Part shown: positions 12,584 to 25,900 of the stretch, in pieces
Layout: every line of letters begins with the position of its first letter
How positions within the stretch are numbered: the stretch's first letter is position 1
Program-made: the position numbers and the translations under genes
The notes under the pieces: generated by a model
What the model was told of the DNA's origin: nothing
The model's input: only the letters and a program-made list of their open reading frames with translations
The model's database searches: none
Origin: Nemertoderma westbladi
Taxonomy: Eukaryota > Animalia > Xenacoelomorpha
Direction of reading: 5' to 3'
Assembly: GCA_032718475.1 (NCBI GenBank)
Contig: JAUCBJ010009097.1
Location: 83,821 to 147,820 of the forward strand
DNA length: 64,000 bases

Positions 12584-15270
12584 ACCTATGAACTTAAAAC
12601 TAAAAAAAACTAAAAATTCCAAAACCATTGAATTCGCAAACACAGAAAACCTATAAATTGCGGGAATATAGGTCAAATAATGATAATTTCGAAACAATAT
12701 ATGTTGAAAATTTCATGAATCACCCAATTTTGGTGCCCCCACGAAAAATACCTGTTAGGCCTCTGAACTAAACATTAGACATATTGTACTCAACTCCACA
12801 TCCAAAAAAGCGATATAGAATAGGATTTGTATGGTTTTGGGCAACTTTATAATTTACTCTATAGTTTTTTATTTTTAATTTTCCAAAATCCTGACGTGGG
12901 TGCGAGGAAGGTTCTGTATGAAAAAAACAGGCGAGGTTAGAGACACGGTTTTTTTAATTTGAAAGATGAATAAATTTGAGGAAAAGTCAAGAAGTTTCAG
13001 GGGCATACCTCTGATCCGTTAGAAATTCCAGCGGCTTTTATAATGGTCTGGGCGGATTCCCCCCCCCCCCCCCCCAGGGTAGATAAGGTTAAAGGACACC
13101 GGTCTTGGATAGGGAGTTGTGGCACGCAAATTTGTCGACAAGCCTGCACAGCATTCTTAATAATATATATGATATTTATAATGCAGCTGCAATGCAGCAT
13201 GCCGATAGTAGTAGTAGTAGCATTGGAAATTTTGTTTTGTGATATGTAGTTATTAGTATAAGGTTTTTTTTATTAATGATGAAAACACTTGAGTTCGTGA
13301 AAGGTCTAAAAAGCAAAAAGAATAATTAAAAGTAAATAAAAATAAAATAAAAAGGCTCTATAGATCTGTTGTGGGAGTCAGAGAGAGAACCCCTTAGGGA
13401 CCTTCAGACAGAGCAGGGTCCATGGTTCCAAGGATGGAAGCCGTGTTGCCGATGAGAATGGCTATTAGACTGATGGGATCGTGGCTCCTGTGTGGCGGTC
13501 TGGAGACAAATTCCAATCTCCTTAATTAATGCCGCCATCTCAGGGCCAGGACGACCGAGAGTCTGGAAGGCAACAGGGTAGAAGGAGTACCATCAGTCAA
13601 TCAGTTCCTGTTACTTCCGAGTCTATAGTGATTCTGACACCTCAACGACACAGCCGACACAGCCAAAATATGATAGTAGCTCAGTTGTCTTAGGACACAC
13701 ACCCGGCTGATGATAACCGGAAGTTTGAAACCTAGGTACCGGGTTCGAGACACAATAGGGACGGTTGATATGTTTCGCTAACATTATCATAATGTACTAT
13801 AACATAAAAAACATAATTTGTAATGAGACATTCTTAATGAGTTCATTACAAATAAATAATACAATCAGATATAAAGAATGTAAGACGGATATTCACATTC
13901 GAATATACTGACCAGGAATTTATAGCCATAACTACTTATCATATAAATTACAATAATATAATTAATTAATAATAACAAAACCGAGAGAAAGCCGCCCCAA
14001 TATTAGATTATAACAACAACGTTTCCATTGGGTAAGGAAGTGGAGGAGAGCCAGCCTGACGTTTAATTTAGTTTATATTACGCGATAAATTTTCACTACA
14101 CTTTTCACACTAAGACCGAATTCAACTTTTAATGTTAATGAAACTTGACAACCATTGATAAAAATCAACTAAGGAAGGTTGACGACTTCATTACCTTGGA
14201 TCATGGATAGATAGAGAGTAGCAAAAAACGCATAGAAGTTAGTAAAGCGAAGGCATGGGTAGCTCTATCAAAAATGAATACCATCTGGAAATCAAATCTC
14301 TCCAGGCACCTGAAGACTAAGTTCTTTCGAGCCACAGTGGAAAGTGTACTTTTATACGGGGGTGAGACCTGGACACTTACGAAATCATTTTAAATTTTTT
14401 TGTCATTTTTTAATGTCATTTTTTTTACACGATCATTCGGTAGCTATGATTGTATGACAGCTACAACGATGAAACAAACGCCAAAAGTTCGATATTTAAA
14501 AGTTCTACAAGTCTGTAGAAAATAAATCTTCTGAACGTTGAAAAGTGTTCGAGTTATTCGAGATCCCGCAATAGGAGTCTGGAAATACGAAATTATGCTT
14601 TTGGCACCAATTTATTTAAAAACGTATCGAGCCCAAAACCAACGTTAAAATCGAATTCAGCGTAGCATTATTGACCGTAAGGCGTATTTTTTTATCAATA
14701 AGAGTGAAATATAAAACAGTTTTTATATAAAAATCAATTATATTTCCTGCCATTTTTGACCCCTATAGGACATATATTTTTTGTACATTCGATACGAATA
14801 CAGTGCCGGTGGTCATTTACACGTTTCAAGAAGTAATGGGTCGATTGGAATTAGCATTGTCTAATTTTAAATTCAATTAATTTTTTATTATTAATTAAAA
14901 AAAAACGGACAAAATTTGGGCCCTATATTCGACCAGATATATAAATAATTCGCTTACCCCCCCCCCCCCCCCCCACCCCCATTCGATACGATGTTAGATC
15001 CACTCTTCCTTTCCCCAAACGCTGTGGTTCGGTGCCTTTACAATAAGTAGTAGCGGAGCAATAAAGGATAGTGTAACGTCATTTTGTGACATCACAATTG
15101 GCTGAATAAAACTTCACTGTTGTCAATTTTACAAGTTATTTATGAAAAAAATACACGTGCTTAAACTTTCTGAAATTTTTCTTGTTATACTAAAATAATT
15201 CACATATCAGTAACATTATATTAACCCATCAACAATCAGTATGCCACCAATATTGCACCATAGTAACAAT

Positions 15271-16002
15271 CTAACACCTAGGTCTGGAGGTATCCAGGTG
15301 TTGTCTGAACATTCTCCTTATAATGTAGACCTGGACCGATCCAGTGATTATCATCATCAGACATTGCATTGCGGACCACCAATTTATGTAATTGTTTTTC
15401 GACAGTCCCAAATAAAAATCCCGCATGATCTGATCGTGGTCCCTGGTGCAGAACTGCTTGATCACAAGGATTCTCTCCTGTATTGTAAGTAAGCTATTGA
15501 CGACAACAGCGACAGCAACCATTGATTCCTTTGTATCAGAATCCATTGTGTTTTGCAACTGTCTCCTCGCCCTTTCTTTATCATAAATGTTTATGAAAGT
15601 CGCAACGCGAATATCACTGAATCCAATTCGAGTTCTAGAGAAACATACTTTGTATTCCGCATCCTCCAAGATATTCATGTTAATTTGGCCCTGGGATACG
15701 TCCCTGTGGACATCCAGAGGCTGTGGGATAGCAGTTTGCTTTATGTAAATGATAAGTTCTTGTCCTCCAGATAGTTCTTGGTAAGTGACGTACAAAACAC
15801 TCCCAGCGCGAAGATTTTCGAAAAAACAAATATCACTTCTCGGTTCGATAATTAGAGTGAGACGTTGAGATATATATCCCGGCATAAACTCTCCGAATAT
15901 ATCACCATCATCGCTGTAAATCAGGGGATTTTCTGCAGATTGTTCCCCGTTTACGATGTTTATAAAATAAATATAAAATACTATCATTATTATTGCATTC
16001 AT
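15271..16002 (-). CDS. p24/TMED family protein, copy B2
   Basis: Differs from 8573-9304 by one amino acid (ELTIY versus ELIIY) and one synonymous change (cag/caa). Confidence 0.85.
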   Translation of the reverse strand: MNAIIMIVFYIYFINIVNGEQSAENPLIYSDDGDIFGEFMPGYISQRLTLIIEPRSDICFFENLRAGSVLYVTYQELSGGQELIIYIKQTAIPQPLDVHRDVSQGQINMNILEDAEYKVCFSRTRIGFSDIRVATFINIYDKERARRQLQNTMDSDTKESMVAVAVVVNSLLTIQERILVIKQFCTRDHDQIMRDFYLGLSKNNYINWWSAMQCLMMIITGSVQVYIIRRMFRQHLDTSRPRC

Positions 16003-17107
16003 AATGAATTATTTATTATAATTGTAATTCTAAGTGATTTAATTATATTATATAAATTTTACTTTAGAAGTATTGGAGACATAATGTAGACTAGACGAGT
16101 AAGGTTCCAATGAAACTGATTGAATTGTGAAGTGAACTGATTTATCAATCAGTTAAAGTGTGCAACCCATAACGCATTCCAGAGAATGTATGATACAATA
16201 ATGTTAGCCAAGAGGTGGTTTAACAACCCACCTCAGGGTATATGGGCTAACATAAGCCCAAGGGCATAGGGAGGATTGTGAGGACAGGATAAGCCGACCA
16301 CCAATGGGAGGGCCACAGATTGCAATTATTAGTATATGTGTATCGTTTAGTTGCCCAACCATCCGTGTTGAGGTGTAATGTAATTTCCCTATTTCCATAT
16401 TGATATCATACCAACTCAGTTAGCTATTTTATTACAGTATTAATGTAGGAGGATGTCACACAGTTTTACACCGTCGTCCGTAACATTATACTGATTGTGC
16501 TGTGATTCATCTACCGATAAATATTGCAAGCTAATAACATCAAGTAATAACATCAAACTCTTTATTTACCCAGCATTCGGCCCTTCAGTATTTCTCAACA
16601 GCTTAACGCAGCGACGAGTAGTGAACTGCAACATCGATTCATCTGGTCGGGATCCTTTAGCCAACCAGGATCATATCACAATTCGTTAACTTCGAGGATG
16701 GAATTCAAATTAGAAACGACGTTTCATTCCGCGACTTTTCGTAAATAATTAGCTAACATAATCCAGTACACTTTCCAAGCTCCCTTAAAATTTGGTGGGT
16801 GGGTGGGGGTAGTGATTCGACCCAGAACTGATTTCTTAAATTAATTTCTTAAATCTTAAATTTTTTAAAAAAATTCGCTGAAATTTGTTAACAATATATC
16901 TAGTGGTATATTTTAACACATTCTTGAAAAAAAAATCGATTTCAAATCGAATCGAATCCATTTTTTTGGAAGATTAAATAAGAAAAATAGTGGTTTTGTG
17001 CAATGGAAATATTTAATTGCGAATATTGTGACATATGTACAAGATTTTCAAGTGTTACGTGTATATTGGTGTTGGCATATTCAATGGTAATGAAATTGAG
17101 TTGATAC

Positions 17108-18017
17108 AAGCTGGAGTATTCCATTGGAATCCTCCCCCTCATCCACCACCTCCATAAACCTCCTCTACTTCAAAACTGGTTTGTGGACAATTCGGCTGTG
17201 GTGGGTAAACTCGATCTAGTACTCGAGTGGTTCCTCGAACTCAAGAGTTACGGCCCAACCCTCGGCTACTATCCCAAACCCACAAAGAGGTGCCTCATAG
17301 TTGCCCCCGATTTTGTGGAGGAGGCACGGAATGTTTTCAGGGGCCAGGATATCAACATCGTCTCTGGCCATCAATTCCTCAGCAGTTTCCTTGGGGGACC
17401 CACATAGAGGACAACTACATCTGGTCCAAAGTCGCAGTGTGGGTGAAGTCGGTAGATCATTTAGCCGAGATGGTGGAGGCCCAACTCCAAGCCGCATTCG
17501 CAGCTATGGTATGCTCCCTCCAGCGGGAGTGGGCATACCTACAGAGAGTAACTCGGGACTGTGGTGAGGAGTACAAGGTGCTGGAGGAAGCGATAGAGGA
17601 GCAGTTTCTACCCTCAGTCATTGGTGGGGAAATATCCCCAGCAGAGCGCAGTTTATTTGCGCTTTCCCACGCAATGCAGGTTTAGGAAATCCAGTATCGG
17701 AGGCTGGCTTTTCATACTCGTATTGCGGGCAGGAACGAGGTCTCTAACTGAGTCTATCCCGGGAGATCGTGTGTTCTCCCTAACAGAACACCTTGACAGT
17801 ATACAGCGTGTGCGGAAAGTGTGATGGGAGCAGAAGCTGGGAAGGGAGAAGGACAGTTTGGATGCGGTGCTGGAGTATCTGTCGCCAGATTTCCAATGGG
17901 TAGTAAAACGCGCCACCAATTTCCACACATATCCTCACTCTTCTGGCCGACCACCAACTTGATCTTTCCCCACTGGAGTTTAGAGATGCACTCGTGATCC
18001 ACTATGGCCGCCTCTTT
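17108..18017 (+). mobile_element. Duplicate of the decayed CRE-like fragment
   Basis: Same ORF set as 10485-11319 shifted by 6698 bp. Confidence 0.75.
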
Positions 18018-18117
18018 NNNNNNNNNNNNNNNNNNNNNNNNNNNNNNNNNNNNNNNNNNNNNNNNNNNNNNNNNNNNNNNNNNNNNNNNNNNNNNNNNNN
18101 NNNNNNNNNNNNNNNNN
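18018..18117. other. Assembly gap (100 N)
   Basis: Run of exactly 100 N, the usual placeholder for a gap of unknown size. Confidence 0.99.
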
Positions 18118-18420
18118 CTCCAGCCAACGCAGTCTGGGCCAGGTGGCCAGGCGGGAGCGGGTCCACGATGCGATGCTTGCGTCACAGACCAGCGTGAGTC
18201 CACGGCTCCACGGGACAAGCATTACTCCGTCAATGCGCTTCCCGTCTCCCCGGCTTATCCCTGGTGGTTCGAGTGCGGCGAGGACCCCACAGCTGGTGAG
18301 CGACAGGCGCACGATGTCATTACCATCAAGTGACGTGGATGGCGGCTGGCACTCCTCATGCAAGGCATGCCGTGAAGCCCATCTGCTGAGACGTCCTTAA
18401 AACAGCATGCGCAGCTGTGG
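18118..18420 (-). mobile_element. Fragment of a second CRE-like (RLE) non-LTR family
   Basis: NDIVRLSL...LEPPGISRGDGKRIDGVMLVPWSRGLTLVCD matches the EP.G..R.DGKRPDG....PW..G..L.WD signature of the restriction-like endonuclease. Confidence 0.75.
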
Positions 18421-18494
18421 GGCTCAGTAACCTTACAGTCAAGGTTAACCTTACTCAGTTAACCTTACAATTTGTACCCATAATTTTTTAATGA

Positions 18495-19056
18495 TGGCTA
18501 CGAATTGACTGGGTACAAATTGTCCGCATATGAATTGTCCCGATTCAGACAATGTAGGTTTTTTTCTAGAACAAATACTTGACCTAACAGGTGGTATTTT
18601 TTTCCAAAAAATATTCTAGAAAAAAATGTGTTCTAGAACAAAAATATTTATAAAAATTGATAACTAGCCTGCGTTCTATAACATTTATAAAAAAGTAGAA
18701 AAAACTAGCTTGTATAAAAAATTTAAAATGTGTTCTAGAACATAAAAATGTGTTCTGGAAAAAAATATTCATCAAAATTGATAGCTAACACTTGTTCTAT
18801 AACATTTATAAAAAATTAGCAAAAACTAGCTAGTATAAAAAATCAATATAGCGTACTTTCACTAGTCAGTATACGGACAATTTGTACCTGGACAATTAGT
18901 TAGTACCCGTCAAAAAAAATGTTGGGTTCGAAATATCCGGGTACGAATTATCTGTGTACGAATTGTCTGTCACGAATTTTCTGGGTACGAATTGTCTGTT
19001 ACGAATTATCTGTGTACGAATTGTCTGTTACGAATTGTCTGGGTACGAATTGTCCA
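18495..19056. repeat. Short subterminal-type repeats of a non-autonomous DNA element
   Basis: A ~14-15-bp motif (gg)gtacgaattgtct is tandem at 18940-19056, with direct and inverted copies at 18495-18540 and 18870-18910; 18607-18720 is repeated at 18727-18840. Confidence 0.55.
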
Positions 19057-19059
19057 GAG

Positions 19060-21180
19060 TCCAATCGTCGAAGGTGATCCAGAACGTAAGAAGAATTCAA
19101 TACACGCCCCTGACATTGTCGTTGCAACCACTGATATTGATGCAAGCAGGTTGCTCCCATCAGCGATTGACTGTTCATCTGTAAAAGTCGTAGACATACA
19201 GAGAATCCCAAACCCAGCCACTCTCAACTTACGCCTTATTAAAGTCCAACTAGAATCTCCTAGTGAGAGCCGGAAACATCATCTGGCTCAATCTCCCGAG
19301 TTCCGCTCTACTTATTTGCATCATTGTGTGAGTACGGATGCTTTTCATCATCATAACGTTTTGCGACAACACTCACAAATTCTTAATGGCAGTAAGAGAA
19401 GTGAAGACGCATCACGAGTTCTTGTTGTTTTTGACAACAGATCAGATTCTTATGTATGAAGGAAGAATTAACTGGAGATCCCATGTTTCTATGAGCTACA
19501 CTATAAAACTACACCATGTCCAGTCGGGAAAGATCTCCTTCTGCAGGCCTCCCTTCCACGCCTCTCTTACTCGCCTTGGTTAACAGCCCACATCAGGTGC
19601 CAATGGTGATCCTTCGGGAAATGCTCAGTAGGAGGCGCCTCAACTCGTTTAACTTGTAATATTAAATGTTATTGTGCCAATGCTAGGTCTATACGTATCC
19701 TACACAAATATGGTGACCTGCAATCGCGTATCGGAACCTTTAATTTCGATTTGGTGTCTCTGACTGAAAGACATCATAGACTAGACGATGAGGATTCTCT
19801 GATATTAGGTAGTTACGTAGAGGAATTTCAATTGTTTCGGTGTGAACACAAGGATCGTTCATGTGGCAGTGTCACCATAATCTGCAGAAATAAGCTACAA
19901 CCGATGCAGGTTACAGTGGGGTAGAATGCGTAGCCTGATCTGAACTCCATTGAAAATGATGTATTGTCTGCTTCTATCGGTCACCCTATACTTGTTATAA
20001 AATTTTTGAAGAATATGCAATATATGCATAAATATTTATCTAAACTTAATAGTTTAATGATAGAACTTAGTGATGTACTGCAACCTCATTTTTCATGGGG
20101 AATTTTAATTTTGGATTGATAAATTGGTCAAATCTAAATATTAGGCCTAATACCCAAATTGATGAGTTTATTGATGTAACTTGTGCCAGTTGAGTTTCCA
20201 ACCCTTATGACTCTATTCAAGACCTTCTTTTGTGTAACGACCCTCGTTTAATTGGTGACCGTAACTGTGAACCAAAACTTGGTAACTGTGCTGCAAATTC
20301 AGAAACACAGGAACCGAGTGATCATCTAGGGTTCTCGCTTTCTATTATTAATACTAAATATATTGATTGCAATAATAGGCCTGGCATGCATAAACTTTTT
20401 GAAGAATATGTTCCTAAGTACAAACCTAATTGGAATAGAAACAGACCGCCATTACATATTCTTAAATTACAGGCCGCCAAACGTTTCTTGTGGCGCTATA
20501 TAAAAAATGCTGTTGTTGATTTACATGCATACAGACATGCTTGTTTTCGGTAAAACAAACGTTCTCACTGGGAACAGCAATAAGGCGTTCTATAAGTACG
20601 CCAAGAATCGGATAACTAGACAGTCATCCGTAGCTCATATGAAAATGTTAGATAATGAAAAAAGCGAATGCCCCATAGAGCAATTTTCTTACTTTGGTGT
20701 TAATAATGATAATATTGAACCACCGTTTACCCCTGTAACGCCACAACTTTTTGATGTGCCTTGTATTTCTGAGCAAAACAAGCGAGACAGGGGTGGAAAC
20801 TCGACGCAAAACCCGCCTTGGCGAAATAATATCCCGCCTCAATGTTAAATTCTCAATTTAGGGAAAGGAGCAGGTTACAGTGGCACGTTATTTTTAACCA
20901 AAACAATAAACTAAACACAGTAGAACAGGTTACAGTTTCATTTGTTAGAGTAATCAGCTGTTATTTGCGTCGAATTTCCCCTGGAGAGGGATGAATTTTT
21001 ATTGCGTCCAGTTTCCCCCCCTATCTGAAACAAGCATGAAATACACAGGCACACCAGACAGTGTTACAGTGTCTGTTCTGAAACTTCTAAGGTATGAACT
21101 TTGTGCACCTTTATGTAAAATTGTTTAATACATCATTGTTAACAGGCAAATTACCAATGAGTTGGAAATGTGCAGCCACT
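19060..21180 (+). mobile_element. Heavily decayed CR1/Jockey-group non-LTR retrotransposon (ORF1 remnant, APE, start of RT)
   Basis: Scattered motifs: CYCANARSI (APE N-terminus), DLVSLTE, NSNKAFYKYAKNR and LFNTSLLTGKLPMSWKCA (RT domain 0), with many stops and frameshifts. Confidence 0.7.
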
Positions 21181-22190
21181 AGGTCCGGTACTGCTAACAG
21201 CCATTCTGTAGGATCTGAGGATGTGACAGGTCTATCCATTATCACCAAATCCAGTATTCATATAAAACTGTACAGTCAGATAGTACAAGCCTACTGTGTT
21301 ACCGTGTACAAGTGCCGGTACCGGTACTGTAAAGAGGGAATATTGTGTGAGCTAGCGGTAGAGTAAGCTAAAATCGGTGAAAAAAAGACTTATACTCATT
21401 TTCAGCTAAATTAGTTAAAAAAGGCTTTTTAACTAATTTTCTGGAAATTAGTGAAAAAAAGTTAGATTACTTAACTCAATTTTAAAAATATTAGTGAGAA
21501 AGAGCCTTTTTCAAATAAAATATCTTATCTTATCTTACACGTTTTACAAGTGTTAAGCAGTCTGGATTAAGATTAAGGATTTGGACGACGGGCGTATATT
21601 TTTTATGGGATGCACAACCAAAAGTTGTAGTAGTGTATCAATATAATGAAGTGACTGACGCCAATGTTAAAAAAAATATTATCTGAAACTTAATTAGAAT
21701 TAAATAAACCAGAGACATATCGGACATTATGTAACACATTATTGTATTATATAACAATACCTTTTTTAGTAGGAACTCTACATTTATATATTAAACAATT
21801 CCATACTGTAATCTTTAAACGCATTATGAAGATAATGAATTAAACCACACTACGATGATATTATAGTTATATATCCTCGCTACCAACCTCATACAACGAT
21901 ACTTACTGTTGACCAACCTCCTACAAACGATTATTACTGTCTATGTAATGCGGTTCTGCGTACTACTAATCAATGTTTATCCACCATGAACTAAATTAAT
22001 TGATTTGGTTTTGCATGCAATTACTACTACTCTTGTGATCCATGTTATTATTTTCAGAATTTGTTTTGTATTGTATACACTATAGAGTAGGTACTATGAT
22101 ATACATATATACTTAATATGTGTACACTGTACAGTGTACATATGTAGGCCTCCTACAGTCTATAGGTAGCTTCAACTCGTGTTCTGCAGA

Positions 22191-22839
22191 TGTAAGCGGA
22201 TTCAATTCCACTTCATTACCCACCAGAAAATGGGACTAGTGGCATTTTAGCAATATGTTGGAGATACGAGATTACCAATATCAATCTCGTATCATAACCA
22301 ACATTGGGGGGGGGGGGGCGACACAAGCCCCAAAGCCACATAGAAAGGTTAGAGGTCAAACCACCTCGGAGGGAAGGCAGCTAGTAGATGCTAGCAGCGG
22401 AGGGGAAACACTCCCAGAGAGTGCCAAGGTGACAAGTAGTATATTAGCCAATAGAGGGGAGAGATGCACGTGATAGGGAACAGGAAAGCATCCATTTGGT
22501 AGAGGGCCAAAGTAGAGTAAGAAGGTGAACCAATATTCAATGTATTAATCATATATTATCCTACAATACTGGTTTACCGGTCAGTTGTGTTATTCAGTTA
22601 TTTAGTGCAGACCGGTCATAGTAAATGACCACCACCGTCATACCGGTAACAATTTATCTGTATTTCTGCTTATCTCACATTACTGATTGTGCGATTATTG
22701 TCCATATTTACTAATATCAAAAGACAACAGGAACTTTACTGTTTTCTCAGTCGGCCTCGGCCAAAGCTAACAGCACGATCCCCAGCAGAATGGTGACGCG
22801 TACTTTACCAATCCGGTCGGGATCTCTGATCCTGTCTCA
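22191..22839 (+). repeat. 5' LTR of element 1 (649 bp)
   Basis: tgtaagcgga...gatcctgtctca; about 18 substitutions (counted by eye) plus a G-run length difference versus the 3' LTR. Confidence 0.95.
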
Positions 22840-22903
22840 GTCATTTACTGCACCAACTGTCAACTAAAACTGTGACTGCAGAAGATAAAAGAAAGAACAA
22901 AAG

Positions 22904-25900
22904 ATGAGCGATAGAGAGCCCGATTATCTGAGGGAGAGAGGACGCCACCGCGGACCCAGGACGATACCAACCAAACGATCTGTGAGGCCGCGACGAGACG
23001 GTATCGGCCTGCCACGCTGGATTAGCCAACGAGGGACGATCCGGCTGCCCAAGCAGAGGGCGGCCGTCAACCACGAGCGGGAGACGAGTCGACGCACAAC
23101 GGCGGTCGGAGTACCGAAGTCGCCGGCAGCCACAGGCCGAGGGCAATGGACGGCCCACCGGAACGGCAATGGTGGAGTTACTCAAGGAGGCCAGAGAAGG
23201 GAGAAAGGTAGACCAGCCTAAATTACATCAAAGGCTAGGTCAGTCGAATAAACACTTTCGATATTTAGTCCTTTATGGACAGGGAGAACTGGCGAGTGAG
23301 AGAGCGAGGGGGGTTGCCACGGAACTCTTTGAATTGTGGCGATCCGGGGTAATGGAGACTGAAGTAGTGTACGTAGGGCCTTACTTAGTGGATGCTAGGG
23401 GAATTAAGTTAGTGGGTTGGGCGGATCTGCACGAGGGCGAACCCGAGGTTAACCCAGAGGATTCAGTCTCGTCGGTTAGCGAGAACCCCAGAAAGCGGGG
23501 GAAAGTTAGTAGGACAGAGAGGCGACGACAGGGAGTCCGTCGCGACCGATAAGTCCGCTACATCCTCCGCGAAAGCAAGGAGGGTGTTAGAGATAGATCT
23601 GGCATGTCAACTAGACATGGTGGCGCTGGACCAGAAGGAGTTAGAGAGGCAGCTGGATGAGGGAACTGCGTTATTAGAGAAAGAGAGAGAGTTAGCGAGG
23701 GAATGTAGAGAGAGGGCCGGGAGGGTGGCGAGGAACTGTAGAGAGCAAGAAGAGAGAGAGAGAAACGAGCGTAAAGAGTGGGAGGCAAGAGTATAGAACG
23801 AACGTAGAGAGCGGGAGGTGGGCGAGATAGAATTAACGAACCAAAGTTTGCGAGAGGATAGACGATGCGGTTAAGGGGGCTTATGCAATACCAGGCAAAG
23901 CAAAAGCGCCGATTAGAACTGGTGCAGTTGGGATTATCTGAGAGTGAGGCTGGCTCGGGTAGCATTTACGAGGAGCCAGAGGTAATGGAAACGTTTGTTA
24001 ATACCCCACTTACAGGCACCGGACGACAGACCCAGGACTGGTGTAACCGTACTGGGTGGGGGGGGGGGGGGGGTGTAATAATAATACGTTAGAAGGAATT
24101 AATATTAATGGGACCGTAGTAGACAACCCTAATCAAACTTTTATTGCAGGAAATAATCTTTTACCCGGTAATAATAATCCTAATTTAAATATACAAAATA
24201 ATCCGAATAATTCTAATTTAAATATACGAAATAATCCGAATAATTCTAATTTAAATATACAAAATAATCCGAATAATTCTAATTTAAATATACAAAATAA
24301 TCCGAATAATTCTAATTTGAATATACAAAATAATCCAAATAATAACCCTGATTCCGAACAAAATAATTTAAATAATTTAAATAACCTAGAAAATAACAAT
24401 ATTATTGATAACGGTGCTATTAATACGAACGTAGGAGACATAGGTGGGCCAACCAGCGAGAGCCTGCAAGGCCACATAGTTACGCAGGGAGTAGCGGGGG
24501 TGAGTCACCCCGATGGGAGCCTGCAAGGCCACGTAGTTAGGCAGGGAGCAGCGGGGGTGAGTCAACCCGATGGGAGCCTGCATCCAGAGGCGGGGGTGAG
24601 TAGACCCAGCTGCAGTAGAGACGATGCGTCGACTAGAGAGGGGCGTAGAAGCAAAGTGGGATGTAGTGAAGTAAGAGGTGGCGACCGGGGGGGGGGGGGG
24701 GGGCTACGGGCACCCCACCACGAGAGATTAGTGGCGAGAGGAAGGGGGCAGAGAATGCCCCACGACCATCGGCGAATAATGCGCGGGGTGAGTTAGGTGA
24801 ACCACGGCACCCAACGACGGAGAATAGTAGGGGGATTGCGAATATCCCCAGGAGCGTCCAACCTGGTAGAGAGACAGAGGTTGGCGTCGTGAGCGGGCGA
24901 GCGACGAGACGTCGAGCCCAGTCAGAAGACGGAAGAAGAACAGTGGAGTTTAACCGGGAGGCCTGAAGAGAGATCTCATGAGCGGGAGCGCTACACTGAA
25001 GAGAGAAGAAGTGAAGAGAATAGAAGAAGGGCATTGCTACGAGCAACCGGAGAGCGAGGACAGACAGCGAACCGTCGGTAGTAGAAGTGGAGTTGGAAAG
25101 TCAGTGGGGTCGGACTCCAGGAGATTGCCGTCGCCCCAGAGAGACACAGCCTGGCGAGATATACCATACGCCGGGAGAACGGTACAGGATGTACCGGCTC
25201 GAGGACGAGGACAGGAGAGGGGATCGAAGAGAAACTTCCCGACGAGATGTAGCTGCCAATCGAGAGTACGGTGGTCGTGGGGAGGACTTTTTGGAATATT
25301 CGAGAAGATTAAACTTCGGTCCGGAGGGACACAGGCAGATTGCAGGACATACTGTAGGCCTTACTGCACATACTATAGGCCATGCTGGAAGAGATAGTGT
25401 AGGCGATAGGGTAGCGCGAACAACGGGATTAGATCCGGAAGTCGCGGCGTACATACCGGTAGGTAGGCAAGAAGTGGATAGGCCTATACCGGTACCTGCA
25501 CACCAGTATGACTATAATATGCAGGGATATAACATATACCCAGGGGAGGGGGGAGTTATTGCCGATAGGTGTGTGGGCCCCAATATATTAACATCAACCC
25601 CAGTACCAAACACAACACCGGTGGGGGGGGGGGGCAGGGTGACATTCCCCCATTACAATATCAGCAATACACTCAACCGAGAATAATAACATCGAACCCC
25701 CTGGACCAGAACAGATCGTGCGATACGGAGATATGGAGGGGGCCGTTACCCCCAATGATATATCCGACACAGAAAAAATCAACAGGCCCGACGGGCGACC
25801 CGCACCCAACAGGAGAGTCTGTACAGCATCCCTCGAACCCATTGGAAGCACAGGCGATGGGAATGGCAACACTTATCGATGCGCTCAAGACCAGGATCGA

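Larger units (their letters stand above)
13663..18017. repeat. Segmental duplication, copy 2, truncated by the assembly gap
   Basis: Near-identical to 6966-11319 and ends exactly at the N run. Confidence 0.97.

Noticed and set aside
24056-25634. Programmed frameshifting at G homopolymers in gag
   Set aside because: Long G runs vary in length even between the two LTRs, so slippage or sequencing error explains the frame changes.
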